Part shown: positions 19,201-28,864 of the stretch, piece by piece
How the letters are laid out: the number at the start of each line of letters is the position of its first letter
Numbering within the stretch: position 1 is the first letter of the stretch
Assembly (NCBI GenBank): GCA_963749915.1
Contig: CAVVOP010000022.1
Location: forward strand, 576,001-640,000
From: an uncultured cyanobacterium
GTDB lineage: Bacteria; Cyanobacteriota; Cyanobacteriia; Cyanobacteriales; Cyanobacteriaceae
Length of the DNA stretch: 64,000 nt
Reading direction: 5' to 3'
Notes under the pieces: generated by a model
Told to the model about the DNA's origin: nothing
The model's input: only the letters and a program-made list of their open reading frames with translations
Databases searched by the model: none
Position numbers and translations under genes: made by a program

Positions 19201-21541
19201 TGATTTAATTAATGTCCATGAAGGGATAAACTTATTAAGAGACTTGATTAACTCTTCTGTATCCCAATGGGGAGTAGTGAAGATTAATTGGGAAAAAGTG
19301 GCTCAAAAATTCCCTGATTTGTCGGCCTCTCCTTATTTAACTGATATTATTGCTGAACTAGACCAAAAAACCTTCACCAATCAATCTGTTAACAATCTCT
19401 TTACGGAATTAACTCAAGCTGACAGTCAGGAAAGAGAGATTTTATTAGTGGATTATCTCAAAAAAGCGATCGCTAGCATTTTACATTTTAACCCCGAAGA
19501 AATCAACCCCGATGAGAGTCTTTTAGATTTGGGCATGGATTCTTTGATGGTCATGGAGGTGATTAATTACCTGAAAACTGACTTACAGTTAATGCTATAT
19601 CCTCGTGAATTTTACGAGCGCCCCCGAATTTCTGCATTGGCTGGTTATTTAACCCAAGAATTTGCGACAACTCATGATCAGGCAAAAGACAAACCTCCCT
19701 TTATTTCCTCATCCCCTCAACCCTCATTTGCAGGGACAAAAGAAGGAAATCAAGAGACCACAGGGGACTATCAAACATCTATTGCTAATCCTTCATTGTC
19801 AATGGCTAATTATCAATTATCAATTAATCCTCACCCCATAGCTTTTATTTTATCAAGTCCTCGATCGGGATCAACCCTTTTAAGAGTAATGTTAGCAGGA
19901 CATCCTAATTTAGTCTCACCTCCCGAATTGCATTTACTCCCCTTTGCCGATATGCAACAAAGACAAAAAGAATTAGAGGCTTCTCATCTTGGAGAGGGAT
20001 TAATTCGCACAGTGATGGATTTAAAAAATATCTCCGCCAAAGAAAGTGAAACCCTAGTTAATCAATGGGTAGAAGAAAATTTACCTATCCCTGAGTTATA
20101 TAAAATTTTGCAAGAATTAAGTGGTAATCGTCTGTTGGTAGATAAGTCTCCTACCTATGGTATGGCAAAAGAAACCCTTGACCACGCCCAAAGGATGTTT
20201 CAAGGTGCAAAATATATACATTTAATTCGTCATCCTTATTCGGTGATAGAATCTTTCGTCCGTTTACGCATGGATAAGTTATTGGCGTTGAGTGATGCTA
20301 ACCCCTACGAAATTGCGGAGTCTATCTGGTACAAAACTAATCAGAATATCCTCGATTTTATCAGCCAACTCGATGGCAAAAAAGTCTATCAAGTTTATTA
20401 TGAAGATTTGGTGACACAACCGGCAAAAATCATGAGGGAAATGTGTAACTTTTTAAAAATACCCTTTTCGGAATCCGTCTTAAATCCTTACGAGGGTGAA
20501 AGAATGACAGATGGGGTGCATAGTAAATCTATGTCCGTGGGCGATCCTAGTTTTAATACCCGTCAACACATTGATCCTCAATTAGCTGATCATTGGCGTA
20601 AAATACAGTTACCAATTTTCCTTAATCCTGCCACTGTTAATCTGGCGGAATCTTTTAACTATCAATTACCCCATGATGCACAAAGGTTAGAAATGACGGA
20701 AAAATACGTCAATGTTAGGGGTTTAAATCTCTGTGTTTGTCGTTGGGGAAATCCTAAAAACCCGGTGATCGTTTTAATACATGGCATCTTAGATCAAGGT
20801 TATGCTTGGGAAAAGGTGGCACAATCTCTAGCTAAACAAGGTTATTATATCATTGCTCCTGATTTACGAGGTCATGGAAAATCCGACCATGTAAGTCAGG
20901 GTTGCTCTTATAATTTACTAGATTTTGTCGCCGATTTAGACGGTTTAACCGATGAGTTAACGGATAAACCTTTTACATTGGTGGGACATTCTTTAGGTTC
21001 AATCATTGCCGCCGTTTTCGCTAACATGCGTCTTCAAAAAGTCAATAAATTAGTCTTAGTTGAGCCAGTTTTACCAGTAGAAAGCAATAGCAACCAAGAT
21101 TTGAGCAATATCACTAGTCAATTAGAATATCTGGTGTCGCCTCCTCCCTTGCCAATTTTTCCTGATGTGGAAACCGTAGCCCAAAGATTACGAATGGCAA
21201 CCCATGATTTGACTCCCGACTTTGCTTTAAGTTTGGCAAAACGTACTACTCGCCTCGTCGATAACGGGGTTACTTTTATCTATGCACCCCTGTTAACTAC
21301 CCGCGCTGGTGTGGTCAATAGTATTAATCGAGGACAATATCTACAGTTACTATCACAAATAAATATACCCTTAACAATTATATATGGCGATCGCAGTAAT
21401 TTTAACCGGAAGGAAGATCTGCAAGCACAAGAGTTAGCAATGCCTCAAGCACATAAAGTAACCATTGAAGGAGGACATAATTTACCCTTAGAAAAACCCA
21501 ATAATTTAGCAGCAATAATTTTACAAAAGATAAAAGAGTAA
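13202..21541 (+). CDS. ols: Olefin (1-alkene) synthase, CurM-like modular PKS: FAAL-ACP-KS-AT-KR-ACP-ST-TE
   Basis: FAAL YTSGSTGTPKG; ACP GLDS; KS DTACSSS/HGTGT/NIGH; AT GHSVG/HGFH; KR TGGLGALG/NYGAAN; ACP GMDS; sulfotransferase SPRSGSTL; TE GHSLG. ATG 13202 is the likely start. Confidence 0.92.
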   Translation: MGYVKHSNFVNLLQERAVSHPDKVIFTFLGDGETETESLTYQQLDNQAKAIAENLSEIARNLLGNKGEGQRALLLYQPGLEFITAFLGCLYAGIIATPAYPPRQNRSFIRLETIIKDAGALFALTTESLKQKIEQKLTKNSDIICIPTDNIALALAENWQKSPYIQEDNLAFLQYTSGSTGTPKGVMVSHGNLIHNSYLISSYFENNGKSVGCSWLPPYHDMGLIGGILQPIYAAISTIVLPPVSFLQRPIRWLRAISQYKVTTTGGPNFAYEMCINSISEKQKADLDLSSWDLAFSGAEPVRAETIAKFSEYFGDCGFKREAFYPCYGMAETTLIVSGASKNQSPTVKTVSAEALTQNNIIPVNENTPDSQVLVSSGKIAGELQSLIVNPDTLEECAENEVGEIWVKGASVTQGYWQREEATENIFHAYTKDTKSGPFLRTGDLGFISDGELFVTGRLKDLIIVRGRNHYPQDIEESVANCHEAINSENGAAFAIDVADEEQLVVIFEVKRTFFAKINQDEGLKRQIFQQIRQTITENHELQVYSIVLLKTGSIPKTSSGKIARYACRQKFLDNTLQVVAQWDLQGDIKSPTLTTTNPEIASFVKIDLAQESGKLLEIETWLRENIANRLGVTPQAIDVQQPFINYGLDSVEAVRLTADLEDWLDCRLSPTLAYDYPNIATLAHYLAEEKTEEKTTVIPVTNNQSRLNNSKIAIIGMACRFSEAGNCEEYWQLLSQGKDTIKRTHRPNLPYLGGYIDNYDQFDPHFFEISPREAVNIDPQQRILLQVTHEALENANVTVESLSGSNTGVFIGISSSDYAQLQVKNRWDVNVYTGTGNAASISANRISYSYNLLGPSLSVDTACSSSLVAVHLAVNSLKNGECNQAIVGGVNLILSPELTETFQKAGMMAEDGKCKTFSADADGYVRGEGCGVIILKPLGQSITDGDNILAVIHGSAINQDGRSNGLTAPSGKAQQRVIQSAWQNAGITADKINYIEAHGTGTALGDPIELNSLSELLSSHPEQEFPTWVGSAKTNIGHLEAAAGIAGLIKTVLALKHQIIPPSINFTELNPYINLGKSRVKIARESIPWLSSPQPRYAGISSFGFGGTNAHIIVGDNSEKSINENVPLKEDNRPYPTHHLLTISAQTETALGDLITRYQDYLQEKPDINFADICFTANVGRSMLKYKLALVGKNRAEILSQLKLGKTKTVKNSQIAFLFTGQGSQYSKMGYELYQTSPTFKNTVDYCEQILNKYLDKPITEILFNSKNQGLLNQTIYTQPALFVIEYALAKLWLTWGIKPAIVVGHSVGEYVAAAVAGVFSLEDGLKLIAYRGKLMQKLPQDGGMLCLFTNEKNVNKLIKKYGNQVEISVINGDNNVVISGYRKVLVSIESEAIKQKIKAKKLTVSHGFHSFLMESILSEFREIATTINYNLPNLPIISNVTGKANNKEIATAEYWVEHIIKPVKFNQSLALLRQENYQILLEIGAKPILLGMAEHSLNSHNYVYLPSLRKGSSDWRNLLSSLAELYNLGIKINWSNFYQDYPQLKKVQLPNYPWQNQRYWLGDETQNHDLSLDWLYKLHWLKGEDLTVNHDIKNSYLIFAKKQCQGEKLASQLISLGNQVYLVYQGKEYKQQGNCYWLNPCHPEDYENLWRNIHQPIDKIVYFWGLQELAKRETLDLAKTEFFGCLPVIYLLQSLVITAHKTKLWLITQLSQSVTTQDKINPQGGSLWGLGKVIAVEHPEYWGGIIDIDNEENSLHSSLLLGKIKDDSPENMSAIRGENIYYPRLQKQPHGINKNSLQISINDESSYLITGGLGALGIQCAKWLIRQGAKKIILMSRRQPSVTIQRQLESWQQQGIKIIVAKGDVSNFEDLKRVFQQITSSLFPLKGIIHSAGVLADGILTTLTADKLESVMSPKILGTWNLHHLTLDLPLDFFVMFSSVASLLGSAGQGNYGAANGYLDSFASYRHSLNLPALTINWGAFDVGMAELKQHSLTASGIDLINVHEGINLLRDLINSSVSQWGVVKINWEKVAQKFPDLSASPYLTDIIAELDQKTFTNQSVNNLFTELTQADSQEREILLVDYLKKAIASILHFNPEEINPDESLLDLGMDSLMVMEVINYLKTDLQLMLYPREFYERPRISALAGYLTQEFATTHDQAKDKPPFISSSPQPSFAGTKEGNQETTGDYQTSIANPSLSMANYQLSINPHPIAFILSSPRSGSTLLRVMLAGHPNLVSPPELHLLPFADMQQRQKELEASHLGEGLIRTVMDLKNISAKESETLVNQWVEENLPIPELYKILQELSGNRLLVDKSPTYGMAKETLDHAQRMFQGAKYIHLIRHPYSVIESFVRLRMDKLLALSDANPYEIAESIWYKTNQNILDFISQLDGKKVYQVYYEDLVTQPAKIMREMCNFLKIPFSESVLNPYEGERMTDGVHSKSMSVGDPSFNTRQHIDPQLADHWRKIQLPIFLNPATVNLAESFNYQLPHDAQRLEMTEKYVNVRGLNLCVCRWGNPKNPVIVLIHGILDQGYAWEKVAQSLAKQGYYIIAPDLRGHGKSDHVSQGCSYNLLDFVADLDGLTDELTDKPFTLVGHSLGSIIAAVFANMRLQKVNKLVLVEPVLPVESNSNQDLSNITSQLEYLVSPPPLPIFPDVETVAQRLRMATHDLTPDFALSLAKRTTRLVDNGVTFIYAPLLTTRAGVVNSINRGQYLQLLSQINIPLTIIYGDRSNFNRKEDLQAQELAMPQAHKVTIEGGHNLPLEKPNNLAAIILQKIKE

Positions 21542-21623
21542 TAAACTCCGATGATTCAAGTTGTTACCAAAAAATTTAAGAAATTAATCCCCTTCTAACT
21601 GCCATTATTAAAACAGATATTTA

Positions 21624-22532
21624 TCAAGGGTTTTCTTTTGTTAAGTTAATTTTTAAATGGGCAAATTTATTCTCTAAATTATCATTACGACGTACCCGAA
21701 TTAAATAATATCCTTTGTTAGTTAAAGGAGTGCTTTTTTCCAGAAGTTTTGTTATTTTAAACCAACTAATCGGCAAACTACATCTATCGTAAATAGTGAC
21801 GTAAATGTCATAATTATTCAAGGTAAATTTATCTATATTTATGGTTACTAATTCTCCTACATCTAAATAATCATAGAAAAACTTGGTGTCAGTAGCACCT
21901 ACAGGTAAAAATTCATTTTTTATAAAGGATTCAGGTAAATATTTTCTATATTTAAAAATTGTATAAATATAATAATGAATTGCTAAAAAATAAAAGTTTT
22001 TACGGTTAATTAAATGCTCATAAAAATTATTACTATTACTAGGGATTGATTTGGCTTGTATTAGGACTTCCCCGTCAATCTTAACTGCAGGTAAAACCAG
22101 CTGATCATAATAATCATAATATCTTAAGCCGATGGAATACTTTCCCTTTTTTAGGTTTAATGAATACCAATCATCTTCTGAATTCATTTGATTAGATTCA
22201 ACGATGGTTATGGTTTTATAACTAGGAAAATCGTAGAAAATAGCAATCCATGATAGGCAAGAATTGTTAGCAGATTTTAAGTCAATTTTCAAGGAATTAT
22301 TCACAGAAAAAGGACCCAATGTTCCAATAATTGCATGGGTATTCCAACGGGGTGCTTTGGTCATTAATACTCCTAAATTAAGATTAGAGGAGACTAAATT
22401 ATTATCAATAACACGCCACTGGCTTGTTTTTTTTTGGTTTAAACTTAGATAGATAGTATATAAATTGCCCATCAAAAATTTGTTAACTTTAGCGAAGACA
22501 AAGGATAATAAGGCTAAGGGAATTTCTATCAT
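21624..22532 (-). CDS. Uncharacterised protein (DUF6208-like), convergent with ols
   Basis: 302-aa ORF with MTKAPRWNTHAIIG and EFLPVGA motifs. The family name is recalled, not verified. Confidence 0.6.
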   Translation of the reverse strand: MIEIPLALLSFVFAKVNKFLMGNLYTIYLSLNQKKTSQWRVIDNNLVSSNLNLGVLMTKAPRWNTHAIIGTLGPFSVNNSLKIDLKSANNSCLSWIAIFYDFPSYKTITIVESNQMNSEDDWYSLNLKKGKYSIGLRYYDYYDQLVLPAVKIDGEVLIQAKSIPSNSNNFYEHLINRKNFYFLAIHYYIYTIFKYRKYLPESFIKNEFLPVGATDTKFFYDYLDVGELVTINIDKFTLNNYDIYVTIYDRCSLPISWFKITKLLEKSTPLTNKGYYLIRVRRNDNLENKFAHLKINLTKENP

Positions 22533-22755
22533 AATTAATAATCTACTATATTGAATTTAGACTATGGTAAAGTCAATAATTAAAACATCTATCATAAATT
22601 ATTTTTAACGTCAAATATTGATGAATTAATGAATCTTTTAATCCCCCCATTTCCCCTGGCCAGTTTTTAGGAATAAGTTTTATACCCAACTCACATTAGT
22701 TTGCGGTAGATTTTGAATTATAATTAGGATTGGGAACTAAATTGGGTCAAATTTC

Positions 22756-24936
22756 ATGGATGCAGAGAAGTTAAAAAAGTTAGAAGAAAAACTTTATAAT
22801 GAAACCCCTTTAATTGGCGATCGCATTAGACAACAAGCGGCCAAAGAATTAATCCAAGAAAGAAATCCCCAAACTATCGAATTGATAGCTAATGCCTTTG
22901 TTTTTACTAAGGACAAAAACTTGCAAAACTTAGTTTTAAGTGCATTACGGAACATCAAAATACAGGACAAAGAATTGGTTGATGTAGTGTGCCAAGTGTG
23001 GGCTGAAAGTAGAGATTCAGAATTAGGCAAAATCTTAAAATTAAAAGGGTGGGTAGCCTCAAAACCCTTAGAATTAAGACTTTTAACTGCTTTAAATCTG
23101 GGGTGGCAAGGAGTTATCGAAGAGAATAGTACTATAATTGTTGCCCCTTTGTTATCTTTGTTCCATGATCAAGATGCGTTTATTCGACAAACTGCTAAAG
23201 AATGGTCAGCCTCTTTTACATTTCCTGAGTTACAAGAAGAAGTGTGTCGCCTTGCCAGTGAAGAAAATAATCAGGATGCCTTAGAAGTAGCTACCCGTTG
23301 CGGTTATACCCCTACTGAACCATCCCAAGCCGCTTTATTCTTTTATTTTACGCAGTTGTGGGATAAATACCAAGAAGTTGATCCTGAATACAGATTACTA
23401 GAGGAAACTTATTATAATGCTCCAGAAGAATTAAAAAACCGCATTGATAATCAGGGCAAAGTTCATAAGCGTTTAGAATGGGTATGGATGCTTTTAGGGG
23501 GCAAAGAAGGCAGAAGGGTATCGGAAATTGATTTGCCGCAATGGCATACCATTATTGACTTTTTAGCTAATGGTAAACATTGGGAGACGATTTGGTCATT
23601 AGTTGCTTTTACTCCTGTCGTTTTCGCCAAAGTAATTATGAAGCGTCTCGAAAATAATCGTTGGTTGCCCAAAGATCCTAATGATAAAATTAGGTTTAAT
23701 GAGTTTGCCAAAATCGTCAAAAATGTTAAAACTAAAACTCCTCCTCACCGTAAATTAGTTCGCTGTATTCATACTTTAGAAGGACATACTCAAAGTATAG
23801 AGGCCATCGCTGTTACTCCTGATGGTAAAACAGTAATTAGTGTGGGGGATAATATTATTCGCCTTTGGGATGTCAGTGAAGGACAATTGGTTAAGACCCT
23901 AAAAGGGCATTTAAAAGGTGTCACTAGCATCTGTTTAAGTAAAAACGGTGCAACCTTAGCCAGTGGTAGCCGCGACAAAACCATTTCTATATGGCGCTTA
24001 CCCGACGGGAATTTGTTGGGGAATTTATCGGCAAATGTTGCTTCAGTATGGTCATTGGCCATGACAGAGGATGCTAAAATGCTCGCTAGTGCTAGTTATC
24101 GAGAAATTCGTTTATGGCAATATCCCCCCGGAAAATTATACAAAAATTTGAGAGGACATCAACGGGAAGTCGAAAAAGTAATTATCAGTGACGATGGTAG
24201 TTTATTAATCTCTGCCGGTGGTAAGAATGACAATACTGTCCGAGTTTATTCATTACCCAGTGGAGATCATAAATATACTTTAACCGGTCATGAGGACGGC
24301 ATTTGGGATTTAGCTATTAGTCCTGATAACCAAATTCTGGCAACGGCTAGTCAGGATCACACCGTAAAATTATGGTCATTGTCCGATGGCACAGAAATTG
24401 GGACATTAAAGGGTCATCAGGGTAAAATCTGGTGTTTAGGTATAACCCCCGATGGACAAACTTTAGTAACTGGTAGTGAAGATCACACCGTGAAATTATG
24501 GTCATTATCCACCGGTAAATTAAATAAAACTTTGGCAGGTCATGAAGGGGCGATATTCTGTTTAAATATTAGTAACGATGGTGAATTATTAGCCACAGGA
24601 AGCACGGATAATACTGTCAGACTTTGGAATCTAGATACAGGGGATAATATGGGGGTTTTAACAGGACATCAAGACCAGATTACGACCTTAAAAATCACCG
24701 ATGATGGTCGTACTTTAATAACAGGAAGTCGTGATTGCACCTTAAAACTATGGCGTTGGGATTTATCTCGTCTTTGCAATATCCCCGTTTCAATGATTAC
24801 AAAAGAGGATCAAGAATGGATCGAAAACGCCCTAATCAGCGAGAATATAACCCCAGAGGAACGACACTGGCTGATTTTGATGCAAAAAGTCATAATGAAC
24901 AAACAATTAATAGTACCATCTAGCTTGTCTTATTAA
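22756..24936 (+). CDS. WD40-repeat protein with N-terminal helical (HEAT-like) region
   Basis: About 8 GH...WD/W repeats in the C-terminal half. Confidence 0.9.
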   Translation: MDAEKLKKLEEKLYNETPLIGDRIRQQAAKELIQERNPQTIELIANAFVFTKDKNLQNLVLSALRNIKIQDKELVDVVCQVWAESRDSELGKILKLKGWVASKPLELRLLTALNLGWQGVIEENSTIIVAPLLSLFHDQDAFIRQTAKEWSASFTFPELQEEVCRLASEENNQDALEVATRCGYTPTEPSQAALFFYFTQLWDKYQEVDPEYRLLEETYYNAPEELKNRIDNQGKVHKRLEWVWMLLGGKEGRRVSEIDLPQWHTIIDFLANGKHWETIWSLVAFTPVVFAKVIMKRLENNRWLPKDPNDKIRFNEFAKIVKNVKTKTPPHRKLVRCIHTLEGHTQSIEAIAVTPDGKTVISVGDNIIRLWDVSEGQLVKTLKGHLKGVTSICLSKNGATLASGSRDKTISIWRLPDGNLLGNLSANVASVWSLAMTEDAKMLASASYREIRLWQYPPGKLYKNLRGHQREVEKVIISDDGSLLISAGGKNDNTVRVYSLPSGDHKYTLTGHEDGIWDLAISPDNQILATASQDHTVKLWSLSDGTEIGTLKGHQGKIWCLGITPDGQTLVTGSEDHTVKLWSLSTGKLNKTLAGHEGAIFCLNISNDGELLATGSTDNTVRLWNLDTGDNMGVLTGHQDQITTLKITDDGRTLITGSRDCTLKLWRWDLSRLCNIPVSMITKEDQEWIENALISENITPEERHWLILMQKVIMNKQLIVPSSLSY

Positions 24937-25499
24937 TAATTAACTTCTAATTCAAAATCTGGTAAAACATCCTCTCCTGACAATAAACAAGGCATTTTCA
25001 ATGGTTGGACTGGTTTTTCAGGTTGATAAATTTCTACTTCTCGATCTTGGGGATTAATTAACCAACCTAACCGTAACCCACAGTTTAAATATTCTTGCAT
25101 TTTTGCTTGTAGTAGCTTTAATCTATCACTTTGAGAACGTAATTCAATGACAAAATCAGGGCAAATAGGCGGAAATTGCCGTTTTTCTTCCTCTGTTAAA
25201 CTATTCCATCTTTCTGTCGTAACCCAAGCTACATCAGGAGATCGATCGCCTCCATGTGGTAATTTAAAAACAGTAGATGAACTAAAAACAAATCCCAACC
25301 TACTTTTGTCATTCCAGACACTAACTTTAAAAATTAAATTAGCTTCTCGATTGCCACTTTCTCCACCTACTGGCGACATAATAATTAATTCTCCTTGAGC
25401 ACTTCTTTCCATTGGTATATCGGGGTTACCAAGGCATAGTTGATAAAATCTCTCACTGGTTAACTTTGTCAGAGATTCCATATTAATTACTGTAATCAT
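24933..25499 (-). CDS. Uma2 (DUF820) family PD-(D/E)XK-like protein
   Basis: RSPDVAW, CPDFVIELRS, LGWLINP. Confidence 0.9.
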   Translation of the reverse strand: MITVINMESLTKLTSERFYQLCLGNPDIPMERSAQGELIIMSPVGGESGNREANLIFKVSVWNDKSRLGFVFSSSTVFKLPHGGDRSPDVAWVTTERWNSLTEEEKRQFPPICPDFVIELRSQSDRLKLLQAKMQEYLNCGLRLGWLINPQDREVEIYQPEKPVQPLKMPCLLSGEDVLPDFELEVNY

Positions 25500-25540
25500 A
25501 AAGGATGTATAGTTTGTTTTGCTAACGACAACGACTAAAA

Positions 25541-26458
25541 TTATTGATCTAGATTATCGGTTTCGATAATTGAACCAATACCCTGTAAGGTAGAGAGAAT
25601 TGAGTTAGGATTCATAAACATAACTTTGCTACTGTTGCTACTACCAATAATTTTACCCGTGTCTAAATACTGTTGAGTTAAGAGAAATTGTAAGGCTTTT
25701 TGCGATCCCTCATCGCTGTTAAGTTGCTTCATGATAATTGCCAAAGATTGTGCGGTGGCCTCCGCTTGAAGAAGTTGCTGTTGTTTTTTGGCTTCGGCTT
25801 CCAAAATGGCCGCCTTTTTCGTTGACTCTGCTTCTAACAGTTGCGCTTCAGCCCTACCTTTAGCAGAGTTAACCGCCGAATCTCTCTCTCCTTCAGAATT
25901 TAAAATTATCGCCCGTTTTTTTCTTTCTGCAGTCATTTGTTGTTCCATAGACTGTTGTACTGCGGTGGAAGGAGTAATATCTTTTAATTCTACCCTTAGC
26001 ACTTTTACTCCCCAAGGATCTGTAGCCGTATCTAATTCTCTAAGTAATATATTGTTGATTTCGGTTCGTGCCACGAAAGTCTCATCTAATTCTAACTTGC
26101 CAATTTCTGAGCGAATTTGAGTTAAAACTAAGTTTTCCATGCCCAATTGTAGATTTTCAATCTTATAATAGGCTTTCTCCATATCTACAATACGCCAATA
26201 AACTACAGCATCAACGCTAATGGCAACGTTATCTTTAGTGATGCAGGATTGAGGAGGAACATCTAAAATTTTGTCTCTGATAGTGTCTTTATAAACAACT
26301 TTATCGAGGAAAGGCACGACAAAATTTAATCCTGGAGAAAGTTTTTTATTGTAACTACCAAGACGTTCTACGAGATACTCATTTTTTTCGTTAACGATTT
26401 TTACACTACCAAATAATGCTGAACCGCCTAAAATCACTAAGACTAGTAACTGTTCCAT
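25541..26458 (-). CDS. SPFH/stomatin-like protein
   Basis: VERLG, ITKDN, DPWGVKV.RVE, AER.KRA. Confidence 0.9.
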   Translation of the reverse strand: MEQLLVLVILGGSALFGSVKIVNEKNEYLVERLGSYNKKLSPGLNFVVPFLDKVVYKDTIRDKILDVPPQSCITKDNVAISVDAVVYWRIVDMEKAYYKIENLQLGMENLVLTQIRSEIGKLELDETFVARTEINNILLRELDTATDPWGVKVLRVELKDITPSTAVQQSMEQQMTAERKKRAIILNSEGERDSAVNSAKGRAEAQLLEAESTKKAAILEAEAKKQQQLLQAEATAQSLAIIMKQLNSDEGSQKALQFLLTQQYLDTGKIIGSSNSSKVMFMNPNSILSTLQGIGSIIETDNLDQ

Positions 26459-26468
26459 AATTTTTCAC

Positions 26469-26918
26469 CTAAAAACTTGAACTTTTTAAAAATCTTGTGG
26501 GTAAAACAGATAAAGTGTTACCGTTTCTACTGACAATATAAACCTTTTCATCGGGAAGAATCTTTATATTTTCGTCGGCACAAGTAGCACTCCATGAATT
26601 GCCTTCATACATAACTTGACCGGTTTTTCCTGGTTCAATGACGGTAATAGTCACCCCTTCTTGTGCTTCCTCTAAAATAGGGTCTTTTCTTTTGGGCATA
26701 ATAAACTTTTTCGTAAGAAGGATTAGGGCTACGGAAATAACCATCCAGAAAATTATTAAAATGTTATTGTCGGGAATTATTAGGGCTAAACCGGCTACAA
26801 TAATAGCACTCACTCCCATGGCAAACTCAACAAAAGCCGTAGGAAAAATAAGTTCTAAAACACATAAAGTACAGCCAATTATGAGCCAAAAAAGTACGGG
26901 AGAAAACATAAAGCTCAT
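26469..26918 (-). CDS. NfeD family membrane protein
   Basis: Three TM helices plus OB fold (G.V.YEG.SW.A); usual partner of SPFH genes. Confidence 0.85.
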   Translation of the reverse strand: MSFMFSPVLFWLIIGCTLCVLELIFPTAFVEFAMGVSAIIVAGLALIIPDNNILIIFWMVISVALILLTKKFIMPKRKDPILEEAQEGVTITVIEPGKTGQVMYEGNSWSATCADENIKILPDEKVYIVSRNGNTLSVLPTRFLKSSSF

Positions 26919-27045
26919 TACTATTTATCTATTCTCCTAATATAATCAGATTCTTTGGCTATTGACCATTGTTAGAGTGTATTTCTTCATAATTAGGAGT
27001 TCAGGTTTTAGATTCCCTTGTCTTTCTCCCAAACCCAGACTCAAC

Positions 27046-27900
27046 TTATTTAGTGAAAATTCCCTGAGGGCGAATTAATAATATGCCGATCATAATAATT
27101 AACGCCACTCCCAATTTATATTCAGATCCGAAGAATGGTACACTTAGTTCCTGGGCAACGCCAATAATTAACCCCCCGGCGATCGCACCATAGGGATTAC
27201 CTATGCCTCCCAAAATTACTGCCGCAAACATAGGTAGTATTAAAAACCATCCCATATTGGGGCGTACTGCGGTCATTAAACCGTATAAACCTCCCCCCAT
27301 GGCCGTTAATATCGCGGTAATGATCCAAGTAAATAAAACTACTTGCTCAACATTAATACCTGAAACCCTGGCTAAATCAATATTGTCCGCCACCGCACGC
27401 ATGGCTTTCCCGATTTTGGTATTTTTTAAAATAAGATGAAGTGCCACGATGGCTAGAATAGTTAAAGCAATGACAATAACTCGATAGTAAGCAATTTTTA
27501 TGCCGCCAATATCAATTGCTTCTAAGATAGGTAAATCATAATTTTGGTTACTACCACCCCAAATAAAAAGAATGCCGTTGCGCAAAAATAATGCCAAACC
27601 GATGGAAAGAATAACCAGAGAAGTACTATTCGCCCGTCTATCTCGCATGGGTTTCCATAACAATTGCTCACAGATTAATGCTAAAAGTACTGTGCCCATG
27701 GCACCGACAATCATAGACAACCAAATATTGACACCACTATCATTAACTAACCATGTTAGATAAGCACCCACCGTTAAAAAATCACCGTGGGCAAAATTTG
27801 ATAGTCTCAAAATTCCCAGAGTGAGAGTTAAACCTACGGCCGCTAAAGCAATAACACTACCCACCGCCACACCATTAAAAAGTGATTGTATTGTTTCCAT
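27046..27900 (-). CDS. Branched-chain/neutral amino acid ABC permease (LivH/NatD type)
   Basis: NFAHGDF, GKAMRAVADN, LGGIGNP. Confidence 0.9.
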   Translation of the reverse strand: METIQSLFNGVAVGSVIALAAVGLTLTLGILRLSNFAHGDFLTVGAYLTWLVNDSGVNIWLSMIVGAMGTVLLALICEQLLWKPMRDRRANSTSLVILSIGLALFLRNGILFIWGGSNQNYDLPILEAIDIGGIKIAYYRVIVIALTILAIVALHLILKNTKIGKAMRAVADNIDLARVSGINVEQVVLFTWIITAILTAMGGGLYGLMTAVRPNMGWFLILPMFAAVILGGIGNPYGAIAGGLIIGVAQELSVPFFGSEYKLGVALIIMIGILLIRPQGIFTK

Positions 27901-28101
27901 TAATCAAACTTGTTAATTTTTTTTAATATTAAGATTAAATAACCAGTAATCAAAGCATTTAATTGAGAATCCTTGACAAAAAATCATGCAGATTCGCAAT
28001 CACCAATTATAATGTTCACTATGAAGAAAAAATATTATTTACACAATCAACCGCTTTTATTAAACCATTTGATCGCATATTGGAGAAGTTAATCAAAACC
28101 T

Positions 28102-28641
28102 GTGACCTATAGCAACAACAAAAGAACCAGTCAAAGAGATCTACCAAAAATCAATAATAATATTCGTTTTCCTCAAGTGCGGGTAATTGGCACCGAAGGA
28201 GAACAATTGGGCATCCTTGACACCAGAGACGCAAATCGGATGGCTGAGGAACAAGAATTAGACTTAGTATTGGTCAGTGAAACTTCTGATCCTCCTGTTT
28301 GTCGTATCATGGATTACGGCAAGTTTAAATTTGAACAGGAAAAAAAAGCTAGGGCAATTCGCAAAAAGCAACATACGGCGGATATAAAAGAAGTTAAAAT
28401 GCGTTACAAAATTGATGAGCATGATTATCAAGTGCGTGTCAGTCAAGCAAAACGTTTTCTTAATGCTGGGGATAAAGTTAAAGCCACTATTAACTTTAGA
28501 GGCCGAGAAGCACAACACGTTCATTTGGGACAAGAATTACTGGAACGCATGGCTCAAGATTTGGCAGAGATGGCAGAAATCCAACAAAAACCAAAAAAAG
28601 AAGGCCGTAATATGATTATGTTTCTCTCCCCTAAAAAATAG
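28102..28641 (+). CDS. infC: Translation initiation factor IF-3 (GTG start)
   Basis: [22 protein letters not shown]. Confidence 0.95.
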   Translation: MTYSNNKRTSQRDLPKINNNIRFPQVRVIGTEGEQLGILDTRDANRMAEEQELDLVLVSETSDPPVCRIMDYGKFKFEQEKKARAIRKKQHTADIKEVKMRYKIDEHDYQVRVSQAKRFLNAGDKVKATINFRGREAQHVHLGQELLERMAQDLAEMAEIQQKPKKEGRNMIMFLSPKK

Positions 28642-28656
28642 AATGGGGGGACAGGT

Positions 28657-28686
28657 GTTGGGGGCTGGAGATTATTCAGCCTCTAC
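28657..28686 (-). repeat. GTAG-type REP-like hairpin
   Basis: Minus strand reads GTAGAGGCTGAATAATCTCCAGCCCCCAAC. Confidence 0.55.
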
Positions 28687-28864
28687 GGGGGGAGACTAGT
28701 GGAAGAATGCAGAATTAAGAATGCAGAATGCAGAATGAAAAATCTTTAATTTCCAAGGCTTAAAAATTAGAAACTCTCGTTTTATTTCCGCACTCTATCA
28801 CTAGAACACTAGAAGAAAATTAATTAATTGTCTATTATCCATTATCCATTAACTATTAACCATT

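Noticed and set aside
24933..25499. Uma2 plus WD40 as an anti-phage defence pair
   Set aside because: The genes are convergent, Uma2 genes are highly multicopy in cyanobacteria, and no NTPase or effector domain is seen.
28081..28104. Non-canonical ATT/ATC start for infC
   Set aside because: An in-frame TAA at 28090-28092 leaves GTG 28102 as the plausible start.
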